A stretch of DNA of 63,792 bases, filler included, from Choristocarpus tenellus KU-1152 (GCA_964200185.2; 11 parts of 11 records of this genome joined end to end with filler, not necessarily neighbours in it); one strand, 5' to 3'. Positions 39,194-52,351 are shown, counted from the whole stretch's first letter. Notes: generated by a model not told the origin, from the letters alone. Translations and numbers: made by a program.

Positions 39194-40016
39194 CTGTTAG
39201 GACAATATGATTGGCTCTGACGTTCTCAAGCTTAATATTGTTCCACCCACACGTTTGTCCAACGCTCTGTCCTCTTGCGAAGCTCAGGGAGTGTACAATC
39301 TTAGCTGCCTGGGTCCACTCACGGACTTGAACGGTTGCTTCCTGATGGGCACGATGCATTTCCTCATTGTCGAACATGGCAGGGTCGGACCAAAAGTTCA
39401 AGGAGTGGATTTCTAGATTAGGGGAGGAAATATCAGCCCACCATTCCTCAGCGGCCACCCAAGCGAGTCCAGGAGTGACCTGAACGCTCAGGCCAATTGT
39501 ATCCTTAAGTGAAAAACTCTTTCCGTGGGTTGTGGACAACATGGAGGCATCATCGCTAGTTTCATTCCCCTCACTAGTACCATAGTTGAGCAATCCAGGA
39601 GAAAGCTTCAAGGCAGAAGGAAATGCCGCAGCGCTAGTGAGGCCGAAAGCAGTTGGGTTGTCTAGCATTTCCCCGGTTTTGGCAGCTGTAGCCAAGACCA
39701 AGAAGCACGCACCATGGTCCTTGTTGTGTGCCACGTTTCTCACATTTTGAGGCGAAAAGGCTTGATTGAGAATCGACAGTGACTGTCGGCCCTTCCCGTA
39801 CTCTGAACATACCAAGTGTGGTCCGGCCCAATCACTTTCCCTTAGTCGATTCCACTGCCAGTTTGCGGCAGCAGCAAAGGCGTCATGGTCTCCTCCGAAC
39901 TCGTTCGTTGCTGTGGTTGTCAGGGCTTTTGCCACAAGAGAGAGGTTGGGATGATGAGTAGCACCGATAAGCTGGATCCAAGACAGCCACACTGCAGCTG
40001 CAGGAACAAACTTCAT
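39194..40016 (-). CDS. Subtilisin-like protease, exon 1 (signal peptide and long N-terminal region)
   Basis: MKFVPAAAVWLSWIQLIGA signal peptide; 823 bp open; donor ACAG|gtacg. Confidence 0.8.
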
Positions 40017-41154
40017 ATCTTGTGGCCCAGAAAGTCTACGCCCAACCTTACACTTGAAATCTATCTGTCAAAGTCTGGGTTGTAGTACTGACATCGAGAG
40101 AACTTGAATGTCCTCCCTCAACCTTAACGAAAGGTTTGCTCTCTCCACAGAAATTTCGGCATTTAAATGAAATTTAGAGAGGTCTGATATCAAATTACTA
40201 CAGGACAGAATTGCAATTTTGAATGTTTTTTGTGGTAAAATAGTAATTGTACTCTGTCAATACTATACTTGCGCAAATTAAATTATTCAATATGATAGTA
40301 CGACTGTTGTCGTGTCAAATATTCGTGAGATGTGGTTGGTGATAGAAGAATGGGACGATGATTACGAAAATATCCCACATTCAAACGTACTAACATCTCA
40401 CTCCATTTAATAGAAATCTGTAACTTGTCCTACTACCTTCAATTAATATTTATATCCTACAAAAACAGCGAAGACCTGAGTAGAAGCAACAATCTGTCTC
40501 TTGACGGTATCCAACTACAATACATCTACTCCACAATAACTGGTATTCCAAACACTGCTAGTATTTTGTTACTACACTACTATATCCTCTGAAAATTAGT
40601 AGATGTCAGGGGAAAAACCGATGAAAATCATTCACCCTACCCAGTCCACATTCGCTAACTGGAACGGGCCAAACTTTCTCTGACATGCCCAGACCATGTC
40701 CACTGGGTATTGTAACAGTCCGTGCCTGCTAGCCAGCCAGTCATATCTTGCATGTCCGGACCATGTCTACGTCATGCTGTACTAGTCCAGTGATGAAAAA
40801 TGTGTCCATGTACATATTTAAGGATACGTTATACTCCAGGTTGTGGATTTAGATTGTACTCTTTCAAATAATCTCTACACTTAGTTCTAAATCATGAACA
40901 TCAAGTGAAAATATCAGGAGACAAATATGCATGGATTTTTTTTTAATTTACATATTTATACACTTCACTCTAGGCGAGTGAGTGTCTAAATATAGTGTAT
41001 TAATGTCAAAATACGTCTGGAAGCCATAAAACACCTTAGCTAAACAAACACACAACTATATACTTGTATTCGATTTTGAACTTTTAATAGTTTAAAATAA
41101 TACCTTCAGAAATATCAATGTATTGTATTGATAATAGTACATACAACAGTAGCA

Positions 41155-41420
41155 GTAGTATAGGATAGAAGATACAGGTAGGGTGAATGGAAAATAGGGG
41201 GTCATGGTCATGACGTGGCCAACCCAAATGTCGAAAAAATATTACTTGGCAGACCATGGATAAAACCTTCAAACATTGCCGAGTCCATGACTGTCAATAC
41301 TCTCTACATAACCAGTTACAACCAAGTTCGAACATGACAAAGTCCATGATCATCAGCCGTTTCAAAATGGTTTGTTTGGGGGTTGACATGTAGTCAGATG
41401 GCCGACAGTGGACACACTAA
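41155..41420 (+). repeat. Dispersed repeat, homologous to 33530-33815
   Basis: Same ordered shared motifs as the partner copy. Confidence 0.7.
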
Positions 41421-41490
41421 CTGCCCCGTTTGGTGAAAAGACCTGCACATTTAATTCAAGCGTACACAATATCACACAATATTTTATTAT

Positions 41491-41680
41491 TATGCCCTCT
41501 GACATTTTGCAGACGTGTCAGGGGGAAACCGATGAAAACTATATACATATGNNNNNNNNNNTCCTAAACATAAGAATACTATAAGGCATTGCGTGGAAAC
41601 CACTAATCAGTTACTTCACTCACCACTATCAAATATTGTACTACTGTCGTCCTTATCTTCCCATCTACTTATTCCCGTTC
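41491..41680 (+). mobile_element. MITE family C left arm (spans a 10-N gap)
   Basis: Left TIR plus internal sequence colinear with 42298-42510. Confidence 0.75.
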
Positions 41681-42297
41681 TGAATGGTACAAATACCATC
41701 TGTCCTCTACTATACCAGAAAAACGCCGGATCAAGAAGGAATGGTTCGAGGGAGGGGTTGGAGTGCAAGTTGTGGGATGGCTGAACCCAACGTACAAAAA
41801 GGTTAGGTACGAATCGAGGCAGTACAACCAGTCGCGTTCCACTTACAGTTGTTAGCGTGAAAAGTAGTCCCACAGCAACAGTAATATACCAACTTAAAAC
41901 AAATATTGTATCGACTATCGGTACATTTGAGGTGATATGGCACCTCATACCGTGGAGAAGTTATAGTCGGCGATTGGTAGGAAAATGTTCCAAATAAATC
42001 TTCCAACGTTGGACGGAAAGACTCTACACCACACTTGGTACTCCTCAATCTGTCAACAGTATATATATGTTCTTGCCCTCTTCTATAATCGACATACCAA
42101 CAAATGTATTGATAGCCTTCCACAAAAACATGTCTAATTATTCATTATTAGGACAGCGTGCAGCACGTTCGCATCCACATACTAAAACTTCAACTTGAGA
42201 CATAATCCAGTACGAACCGACCTATCCATCCGAAATGAACTGGTACAAGGTGTTCAAAACATAGGGGTTTGCCTGACATGTGAATAGGTTTTATCAT

Positions 42298-42690
42298 TAT
42301 GCCCTCTGACATTTGCAGATGTGTCAGGGGGGAAACCAATGAAAACTATACATATGTCGTTATTTGCCCTAAGGAAATAAATTAACTATCCTAAACGCAA
42401 GAACACTATAAAACATTGTAAGTGTGGAAACCACTAATCTATTAGTTACTTCACCACTATAAAATACTGTACTACTGTCTTCCTGTGCTTCCCATCTATC
42501 TACTCCTGTGCCCCGTGGGGGGGAGCTAGGGAGGCATCCCAAGAATCCAACAGACCCCTCCGTGCCTATCTCCCTGGTGACTCTAGTATGAAGCACATGA
42601 CACGTCGAGACAATGCCACTTGCGGAGTCACCAAAACAATAGTTTTCATTATTTTTTCCCTGATACATCTGCAAAATGTCACAAGGCGTA
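42298..42690 (+). mobile_element. MITE family C, complete (about 390 bp)
   Basis: About 50-bp TIRs: TATGCCCTCTGACATTTGCAG...GAAAACTA / TAGTTTTCATT...CTGCAAAATGTCACAAGGCGTA. Confidence 0.8.
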
Positions 42691-42729
42691 AAAATAAAAT
42701 ACAACATTACCACTGGTCGTTAGCCACAT

Positions 42730-44409
42730 TTACATCATTAGCACCTCATCCCCAACAGTCACCGATGTCCCTACCACAGGTTTTGGATCTATCAGAGCAG
42801 TAGGATTATTTGTCATATGAACCGAACACTCACTGTCAAAGAACCAAAGTTCATCAACTTCCACAATACTTCCATCATTGCTTACCGATGAGAATCCTCC
42901 AAGCTCAACTGGTGTATCATTAACGTTCTGTTCATCATCACCAGCTTCACCAGTGTTGCTTGCAATGCCACTCCCCTTCCCTTTACCATTCTTCTTCTTC
43001 CTTCGGGGATCGTGTCCAGACGATCGTTGACCCGATTCTCCCAAACCACCAGTGCGTTTGGGACAACTGTAAGCCTTGTGTCCTTTTTCTCCACAGACAT
43101 AACAACAACCTATATAACGGGACGAAACAACGGTGGGACAAGAAGATTGAAAGTGTGGTCCTCCAAACTGCCAGCACTCCACACGTCTTGGCTGCCGATC
43201 CTTCTAAAAACCAGCTGTTCCATTTCTCGAACGGGGACCTCCAACCATCAATGCACCACCATTATTTCCCATCCCTCGTTCACGCTGTCGTTTACAAAGT
43301 TGATACATTTCGCAAACTCTCTGCTGTAGATCCATCCGTGCTGCCCTGACCACAACCTGTGACCTGGCGAATCTCAATGAAGTATTCGTCGGTCAAACAA
43401 TTATGCATGGCACTTAATTGCTCCTCTCCACTGGGTTCATCATCAAGGGATCGCATTTTTTTCACTATGCTATCCAGTTCCAAGATGACTGTAGATGGAT
43501 CCTCACCAGCAGGTAAAATGTAGCGAATTAAGCTTCGATCTCATATTAGCCCTTTCAGTGATACCACTTCTCCTAAAGTGGTTCCTTAAAGCTTGGTAAG
43601 CTTCCGAAGGACTGTCATGGTTGCTTGCCTCTTTTTCCGCGAACCCATCCAAAGCCATCACCAGAGCAGCCATCGCCGTACTCGCCTTGTCTATTTCTCG
43701 TTCTGACCATCTTGACGCGTCAAAGTAATCGCTGCTGACTCTGATGATCTCATCAGATAACGTATCCTTCCAGCTGCCCATGGCAGCACACGAAAGGAAT
43801 TTTCGCTCAAACATGGAAAATCCATCACCATCATCATCGCCGCTGTAGACCTTGCAAGTTGATGGCAATGGGATCAGTCGTTTCAATCTTCGGCCCGTAG
43901 GTGCCCCCTGTTGCGCGCGGTTTGCTAACTGTCCCTCTGCCTTCTTCATCCTCAGACTCGACCACCTCTCCACCTTCTTCAACTGGTGTTGCAGGTGTCG
44001 CGTCTCCATACTCCACTCTTCTCGAAGCACATCTTCTGTAACCGACGGCCTCCTCCATTGGGACTCCCCCTCAAATTGATTTAACGCTAGCCTTGAGAAC
44101 TTAGCACAATTCAATAAGTGATGCTAGCTACCATGTTAAAGAAATTGCTTTCCCCAAGACTTGTGTATGTATATGACTCGATTAATTCCTTACTATGCAG
44201 AACAGGTTGTACATGAAGTAAGGAAGGTGAAAGGAAGGAGAGTGAGCTTCAAAGCTCAAAGGGGGTCATCACCTTACGATTCACATATTCTAATAACACG
44301 TCACTCCATCCATGATTACTTGCTATGTTACTTGCTATAAGATTTCTTTTCTAGGATTCTTCTTTTTGTACTATAATAACCCGGACAATATTTCCGTTGT
44401 CATCTGACA
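42730..44409 (-). mobile_element. Ty1/Copia 5' remnant: putative LTR (44134-44409), PBS, gag, zinc knuckles, protease start
   Basis: TG...AACA then TGGTAGCTAGC (PBS-like); gag segment SPSEAYQALRNHF; CYVCGEKGHKAYSC knuckle; WFFDSECSVHMT protease motif. Confidence 0.85.
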
Positions 44410-44416
44410 AAAAACA

Positions 44417-44675
44417 CAGTGAAAGAGTCTCAGAGGGTATGAGTTTTGCCCTGTTTGTCCATTTGGGGCTTGGCTTCTCATGAGTATTTTTTATGATATT
44501 TCCTACTCCCAAATATTTCAGAGTGGGTAAAATGTTTACGTTATGAAAAGGTGTATCTGGAACAAGGGTATTGACACTTCCTAACAAACAGAATAACCAA
44601 AATTACCTCAAAATCGCAACATTGGATTTTACCCCCCAAATGGACGCGGCTCTACCCTCTAAGATACTTTGGCTT
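44417..44675 (+). mobile_element. MITE family B
   Basis: Full internal match; right end TACCCTCTAAGATACTTTGGCT. Confidence 0.88.
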
Positions 44676-44689
44676 GCTTACTCCTTTTC

Positions 44690-45895
44690 ACCAACCTCTG
44701 CCTCATCCTTTGCCTCCTCCATCTCGCCCTTCTTCCCATTGTTTTGCCTCCTACTTCGCCTCGTCCTTTGCCTACTCGTCTACCATTACAGAGCTAACCC
44801 GAGTCACAAGCATTGTGATTACACCAGAGAAAAGCATCACGTCCGAGCACGACATTCACAAGTTCAAGCTTGAAACGAGCTCCCCCCATGAGAGTGGAGT
44901 CGCCCTTCTCCAGACCCGACCAGGAGGCATCGTAATCACATGCACCGCCCTCAGGGACAACCACGATCTGGATCGTATCCAACTCCTCATCAACAAACTC
45001 TTCACCTTCTACAATTTTGCGCTGTCGAAGACACCGATAGCTGGTGGCATATCCACGCCTAAACCTTGTGGAGGGCCCGACCCCCTAGGTGATGAAGAGG
45101 AACAGGAGACGCCATCGCCTAACCCTACAGTACGTGTGGGAAGCGGGACACTCCTTGGGGGAAGGCATCCAACCACACCCTCGGAACACGACTCTAAAGT
45201 CGATGGGGACCAGCCTGATTGTAGCGCTTTGTCATGTCCAGAGGAAGATGTCCAGAAGGACGTGGGGGGGCGGCTAGGCACTGGTTCAGAGTCCATGCCT
45301 GTCAGGAGTGACCCCGGAATGTCCCCAAACTCCCATGCGGCGGGCAGGCAGCGGCAACGAGTCCGTCGATCCTGACCCGAAGGGTAGAGAAAACAGGAAT
45401 GGCGATAGTGTGGAGCGAAGTGCGAACTATGTAGATGCCGAGTCAAAAACACCAATCGTTGATTTGACATCATCAGGTTCCTCATATAGGAACAAGCCTT
45501 CCGCAAAAGGTAAAGGGAAGGCCAAAACGACAGTCATTAGGAAGAAGAGGTTGGGAGAAGGTGCTGGAAGGATCAGACCGTTCAACTAGCCTCGTGGAAA
45601 TGACTGACGCAATTTAGATCCTAGCTTTTTTGCAGACGTCTTTGCTTCTGCCAGAAAGGGCGGAGACGCGGAAAATGCAGCGCCATCTATTATGAGGCTT
45701 GTGGGGATGACGACAAAACGTCCGTGCATGGTAATGGCTACAACATCAAACAGGACAAGGTCGACTCCGGCAATGTATCCGTCGTGGGGATCACTGAAGC
45801 CTTCACATGGAGGCGTGCGTTACCGAGCTCCTACGATCAGCAACAAAACCTGCATCTTAGGTGTACAGAGTTCAGACACAGATCCTAACCCAGAC
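44690..45895 (+). pseudogene. Dispersed coding-like repeat of unknown family, copy 2
   Basis: 233-aa ORF plus frameshifted continuation, homologous to the reverse complement of 29230-30655. Confidence 0.7.
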
Positions 45896-45899
45896 CCTA

Positions 45900-46345
45900 G
45901 ACACCAAACCCTAAGTTGTTGTCCCCATGGAGAGGACCTTATGAAGTGAAGGCACGTATAACACCTGTTGTATATATCGCGTAAAACGTTTGGAAGATCA
46001 ACGGGAAGTGACAGTCCATCTGGCCAGACTTAAACCTTAGATGAAGGGTAGGGCCACAGAACCAGATATATATGCCCTTAATTCACTCTTTTTAGGCCAG
46101 ATCTTACCTGAACCGGACCTTGATCAGGGGTCAAAGACACAACCAACTATTGGATCTTACAATTTAGAGGACATTGTTGATCAGAAACGTGGGGTAGGAA
46201 GAAAAACCACCTGCAATTATTTGTACCGGCTTCGCCTTCAAGGATATTCACCGGCCAGTGATGTATGGCGCAAACCCGCTGAAATACCTGAATGTGCAGA
46301 GATTATCGCAGCCTATAGGGATGAGAACAAGTTGAATCTCCCTAA
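45900..46345 (+). mobile_element. Gypsy (chromovirus-type) integrase C-terminus with chromodomain
   Basis: PKLLSPWRGPYEV (GPY/F motif), VHLARLKP, then YNLEDIVDQKRG...YLYRLRLQGYSPASDVW...ECAEIIAAYR. Confidence 0.85.
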
Positions 46346-46656
46346 TGTAAGAGTCATTGACCAAGCGACTTGTCATAATCAAAAGACACCTACCACCACA
46401 ACAGCCGAAGAATGTGTGTTACCGCCATCCGGGATGTCCACCTAATAGCAACCAAGCCTCCTCTATTATTTGTGACAGCCCTCCTTGTGGACCGGAAAGT
46501 GCGACGAATGCCTCTATACTAGTGGGTTGCCGGCCTGGTGAGTTGCCACCAGATTCCACAGATAGAGAAGATAGTCCTTTTTCACTACCAAGATGGCGAC
46601 GGAAGCGATGTCGATAGATTCTTGAAGACCATACCATGGCTCAGTCCGGGAGGTAG

Positions 46657-47572
46657 TGTCAGAGCTGATCTAGTTAGCGTTTTGAGTCTCGCGAAGTAGA
46701 AAGACTGCTCTCATCCGGAAACAAACACAGGTTGGACCTATCTGTGAGAAGCATGCATACCTTTCAAAATATTATTTTCCTCGGGTATAATATTTAACTT
46801 CATTTTTTGTAAACAAACTGTCCACATATATACAGAAAAAGATTAACAGTCCAACTTACTGTTTGTCCAAGCACCTTGGAGGCAAGTTGTTGAAGATGTG
46901 ATAGTAAGGGATAGGGACTCTTCCAACCACCCCTAACACTATTCCCACAACACTCCCCAATAGATGACTTGATATACCAAAGCTGTGGTGATACTGAGCT
47001 TCATCCACTCAGACCGCAGGAGTCACATAGGAGACAGGCTGGTCCACGCCATTTTTCTCACTGCGCTCTACACCCGTTAACACAGAGTTCACTGGGACTG
47101 AGGTGATAGTTAGAGCTGATCTATTAGACGACTTTAGAATTGTGGAGTAGAAAGATTGCTCTTATCCGGAGACATTAAGACAGAGTGATTCCACCTGTGA
47201 GAAGCATGCATATATTTTATATTCAAAATATTATTTACCACGGGAATATTATTTTACTTCTGTTAACAAATGCACATAAAACAAACATTGAAAGTCCATT
47301 TTTGTCTGGTTGTCCAAGCACCTTGGAGGCAAGTTGTTGAACAAGATGTGATAGTAACGGATGATGAGTGTGACCCACCCGTGACACTATCCCCACAACA
47401 CTCCCCAATAGATGACTTGATGTACCAAAGCTATGGTGATACTGAGCTTCATTTATTCGTATCCCTGGGAGGCACGTAGGAGACAGGCAGGTGCATGCCA
47501 TTTTTCTCACTACACTATCCACTCGTTAACACAGATCTCACTTGGACTAGAGTGCGACCTAGGGCTGATCAC
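46657..47572 (+). repeat. About 451-bp tandem duplication; probable 3' LTR of the chromovirus
   Basis: AGAGCTGATC-like starts at 46661, 47112 and 47561; preceded by purine-rich GGGAGGTAG then TG. Confidence 0.7.
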
Positions 47573-47959
47573 NNNNNNNNNNNNNNNNNNNNNNNNNNNN
47601 NNNNNNNNNNNNNNNNTTAATTAATTAANNNNNNNNNNNNNNNNNNNNNNNNNNNNNNNNNNNNNNNNNNNNGGGGGAACAACCTCGATGTGACCCCCAG
47701 GGGGGGAGAGTTCTGCCCCATGGAGCCACAGCGGACACCCCAGCTCGTAGTCACCACACACCCCAAGAATCAGCACAGCCAAGGCAAGAACGACAGCAAA
47801 CGCCAAGGTCGATTCCTCCTGCTCTACAGCAACTTGCCGACTGTTTCACTGGGAATCAACTGCCTATCATATCGGCACGTACAAAGAGTGGATCTGCACA
47901 CAACAATGATACTGGCAGTGGTGCTGCACTCTGCACCTCTCTCAAAGAGGCTGCCATAT

Positions 47960-48750
47960 AACAAGAAACAAGCAGAAGAGGACACTTTGGCTAGACCAGC
48001 CCCTGTATGCCCAGACTGCTGCAGACCATTTCGATGTGGGCAACACAAGCTTGATCCTGGCAACTGCTGGAGTAATGCCTCTATCAACGAAGGATGGACT
48101 ACAGGGAGACAGTGAGGGCTCTCGTGTGGGCATTGACCATGATGTTCCTAGGTATCGCATCTGCTGTTCGCACGGTAGTGAAGGTTTGCGAAAACCCAGA
48201 GAGGAGCCACACTGAACGGCCGTCATGAAAATACTGCAATACTTGCTGCAAACTAAGGAACTGGTGATTTCATATGGTAGACGTAGGGTCAATGGGGGTA
48301 ACATGTCAGCATTTGTGGACTTGGGCAGTAGATGATCAGTGTCAGGGGAGGTGGTAGTGCTTGAAGGAATATAGCTATCAGCTGGTCCTTGCGAACCCCA
48401 ATAGGTAGAAGCTGTAGCCACTCCAAATTCGGAATGTGTTGTGTTGGCGGAGGCTGTGACGGGGTTCTGTTTCTGCGCCAGGTGCAACACCTCATCATAC
48501 CTAATCTGGTGGGCTACTCCATCCCCATCATGGAGGACAATCAAGGGGCCATCAAACTGTCGTAAACCCCTCTAGCAGTAAGAGGATAAGGCACATTGGC
48601 AATAAGTATGAGTTCGTTTGTGATGCAATCCAGGCATGCAAGGTCCACATCATCTACGTGAAGACTAATCACCAACATGCCGGTGTGGTCAACAAGGCAT
48701 TAGATTTGAAGTAATTTGAACAACAAATTGTTGCATTGATGCATTGTTGA
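47960..48750 (+). mobile_element. Ty1/Copia RT C-terminus and RNase H remnant
   Basis: YRETVRALVW, AVMKILQYLLQTK, SAFVD, IMEDNQGAIKL, SSKRIRHI, YVKTNHQHAGVVNKALD. Confidence 0.88.
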
Positions 48751-49085
48751 ATAGGTAAAAGTCTTTTGATTTCCTGCATAAAAGCAGTATGAATGGTTAT
48801 TTGACTCGGATTAAACTAGAATCAATAGGGGAGATTTGCTGAACCAAGGATCAGAGTACATGTTTGGGTATTATTGTCTTGTTCTATGGTATTCAAAATG
48901 GAAAGTTCTTGTAGAGCAAGTGGGGGTGCGTTTGTGTTGAGAGGTGCTATACAGGCATATTAGGGTTTTACTAGAGTACATTACATTTGGTGGAATAAAG
49001 TAAGATTTTGAATGATACGGTGCATGACCAACTCCCCCCCTGGCCCACCTGACAAAGTAGAGTGGACTGTAACAGGAGTTGCTAA

Positions 49086-49345
49086 AAGTGAATGTATCTT
49101 AGAGGGTACGAGTTTTGCCCCGTTTGTCCATTTGGGGCTTGATGTCCCACGGGTTTTTTATGACATTTTCCTACTCCAAAATGTTTCGGAGTAGGTAAAA
49201 TGTATATACGTTGTGAAAAGGTGTGTTCGGAACAAGGATACTGACATTTCCTGACAAAAATGATAGCCTAAAATACATCAAAATCGCAACAATGGATTTT
49301 GATCCCCAAATGGACGCGGCTCTACCCTCAAAGATACTTTGACTC
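49086..49345 (+). mobile_element. MITE family B
   Basis: GTATCTTAGAGGGTACGAGTTTTGCCC...AAGATACTTTGACTC. Confidence 0.88.
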
Positions 49346-49861
49346 TTTTGCTCTTGGGGGAACAGGACCAGACAACCTCACCCTGCAATCGGCTAGAGCA
49401 ATTGTCGATCCTGTGGAGCATTGACTACAGTGTCTATAATGTTAGAGGAGGATGTTGAGGCAACTTGTAAGCTTACCCCTAGGGAATGAAGGATATGTCA
49501 TTACCCCAGGAGGATGTTTGGGGAGGGGGGAGCCTGCCTCAAGGTTAGATAGTCACCAGGCACACGTTTCAACAACACCAGTAGACGATGAAACAAATGA
49601 TCGGCTGCCCTTTGGGGGGACTGAAGACTTTGTCACAACCCCTCAGGGGCCGAGTGGAATGGGTCCTGCTTCACGTGTTATATACATCAGGTGCATCTCA
49701 AACTGGTGCATTGGCACGAGGTTCTGGTTTCTAGTACCCAAAGAGGCTCAGGATCAGTTAAACAGTACAGGGTGTACTGACCGCAATGCTCATCATAAAC
49801 CAGTACCAAGGGTGATGTTAAGCAAATCTGAGGGACGTCTAGGATGGGCTTTTATTCATCT

Positions 49862-50120
49862 GAGTGAAAGTATCTTAGAGGGTACGAGTTTTGCCCTGCT
49901 TGTCCATTCGGGGCTTGACTTCCCACGGGTGTTTTATGACATTTTACCTACCCCGAAACATTTTAGAGTAGGTTATATATATACGTCATTAAAAGGTGTG
50001 TCCGGAACAAGGATATTGACACTTCCTAACAAACACAATAGCCAAAATTACATCAAAATCGCAACATTGGATTTTGGCCCCCAAATGGACGTGGCTCCAC
50101 CCTCTAAGATACTTTGACTC
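49862..50120 (+). mobile_element. MITE family B
   Basis: GAGTGAAAGTATCTTAGAGGGTA...CCCTCTAAGATACTTTGACTC; flanks ATCT/ATCC. Confidence 0.92.
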
Positions 50121-50139
50121 ATCCGAGCGGACAGATGCC

Positions 50140-50750
50140 TATAGTAAGCTGTCTGGATAGATCTCCTTACACCGTGTAGATGGTCTGCAACCTTGACGAG
50201 GATGGCATGGATTGATTGTTGTTGCTATCCAACGAGGGGATCTGTAAGGTGTTCTGGGCATACATCCGGGATGTGAGAGAACAGAGGAGGGCACAGAGTT
50301 CAAGAATGTGGAATTCCAGATTGTACAGGACGAGCGCAAGATCCGGCACGAGCACAGTGTGCAGGGTATTCCTCAACTGAACAGAAAGGTGGAATAGGCA
50401 ATTGCTCTTATCACAGATAATGGATTGGAAATAATGCAAGAAGCTTGGTCTTGGGGATTGGTTAGTATTGTGGGCTAAGCCACTTAACAGATCTACAACG
50501 TTAACCATCCTGTGTAAAACATTCACCAACTCTCATTGAAAATCCCCGCATGAGATGCATTATTGTGTTCCAGCTCATCCTCATCTATTGCCACTCCAGG
50601 GTTCTAAAGGTTCATATGAGTGGATCATTGCCTGCATAATTTGGCTCCAAGGTTGAACCTTGCTTGATAATGGGATTCTCCTCCAACCGCACTTCCGATT
50701 CTTTCGAGTCCTCTCAATTTAGGGATATAGTCAATGGACTGTGTGAATGG
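50140..50750 (+). mobile_element. Ty1/Copia integrase core remnant
   Basis: RTEEGTEFKNVEFQIVQDERKIRHEHSVQGIPQLNRKVE*AI matches rve RTD.G.EF...PQ.NG..ER. Confidence 0.75.
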
Positions 50751-51879
50751 ATTCCTATTCTAAAACTGTATCAGTCACAACCAATGATGGGATTCCGGTC
50801 CAGAAGGAGTGAGATTTGGAGCTGTAGTCAAAGGGTTTGTGCTGGAGGAAGTTGATCGGAGGACTCTTCCAAGTGAGAAAGCTACTGAACTACTAATGGA
50901 AGAAGATGAAGGAAGTACTGTGGATCCTGGAGCTCAAGGTGATGACACATTCGTCATGTAGATTGACATGGGGCTTGGGGGTTCAGAAGATAATTTGGAT
51001 CTAGGGTTGGATAGAATGCTGGAAACTGCCATGGGCAATGTTGATCCCATGTCACAGCAGAGGGGGAGAAGTACGTTGTTACTGTGACTTGTGGACCACA
51101 ACACTGACCCTCTATTTGAACCAGGCGAGTCATCAATGCATCAATTGAGGTAGAAGTATTTACTGGTTGGTGTGGTTGTGGGTGGGGACTTCCTGTTGTT
51201 CACTTCCACCAAAACCTCCGATGATGCAGGAAGTGATGGAGTCGGAGGTGTGACATTTGTGGAAAGGGGTAGTGAAAGAGGAGGTGATGGGCATGGGTAA
51301 CACGGGAGTGTAGATTTGAGTAGCTTGACTATCTCCTATATGTTACAGCGTGCCCCTCAGAACTCACCTCCACAGTATGTACGACTCAAATCCTACCTTA
51401 AAACGACGCTATGGGGACGTTGCCCTTGATAACAGTTTGTAGGGTGTCAGGTGTCCTTCTCTTCTTGATATTCCATTCCGTGCTTAGCTCAAAGCTCGAC
51501 TCAAAGTTTCGTTCGAGATAAAAAGTAAGGACTGAAGGGCAAGTGGGATGGCTTTAGTCAAAATCCCTCTTATTATTTTCATCATCCACCCAATTTCTTC
51601 GGTCTTCTATGCAACTGCTCTACACGTACTCCAATCATAAACCTTTCTTCTGCAACTTCTTAGGGACTTCGACATTTTCTTCTGTAATGTTACGTTTGCA
51701 TTCCGAATCTTACTCTGTATCTTCTATAAAATCATCATTTACTCTGTAAGGCTACCTATTATGTGTTACTAATATCGTATATTGTTCGCACTTGTTAGAG
51801 CGTGAAAAACAATCCTCGCACTACGTCTGTCACAAATGTTCGTGTTTGTTAAAACATGAGAAGAAATGCTCGCGCTATT

Positions 51880-51902
51880 GGGTCAAAGTATCTGGGGGGG
51901 GG
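51880..51902 (+). mobile_element. Family A terminus at contig end
   Basis: GGGTCAAAGTATCTGGGGGGGGG running into the linker. Confidence 0.7.
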
Positions 51903-52216
51903 NNNNNNNNNNNNNNNNNNNNNNNNNNNNNNNNNNNNNNNNNNNNTTAATTAATTAANNNNNNNNNNNNNNNNNNNNNNNNNNNNNNNNNNNNNNNNNN
52001 NNGAGGGAGGGAGATGATGTGAGAAAGACATTGCTGGTGTCAACATTGCGATGTCACGTAACAGTCAACATTGCGACCCAATGAAATATTATTATTTCTT
52101 CCATCTCATATATTGTTGTACTTCAACACAACAGCCTCATATATTCCTACCTGACAACAAAACAAACAGCCCTCCTTGTCCAAACCACACCATCTTCAAA
52201 CCACACAAACACACAC

Positions 52217-52351
52217 CTTGGGAAGGCATTCCTTTCCCCTATGCTTGGCCAGTTGTGTCAAGAGGTTAACTGCCGGGATCCGAGGAGACAGAAAGTCCTC
52301 CGTCGGGTCATTGTTCTTGTGGATGTACTCACGAGGATCTGTCTCAAACGC
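52217..52351 (-). CDS. IPO7: Importin-7/8-like importin beta, exon
   Basis: gtcag|GCG...AAG|gtgtg; 135 bp; AFETDPREYIHKNNDPTEDFLSPRIPAVNLLTQLAKHR. Confidence 0.9.

Noticed and set aside
49452-50117. 221-aa ORF and similar ORFs ending ...IATLDFGPQMDAA
   Set aside because: Chance read-through of non-coding MITE B sequence.
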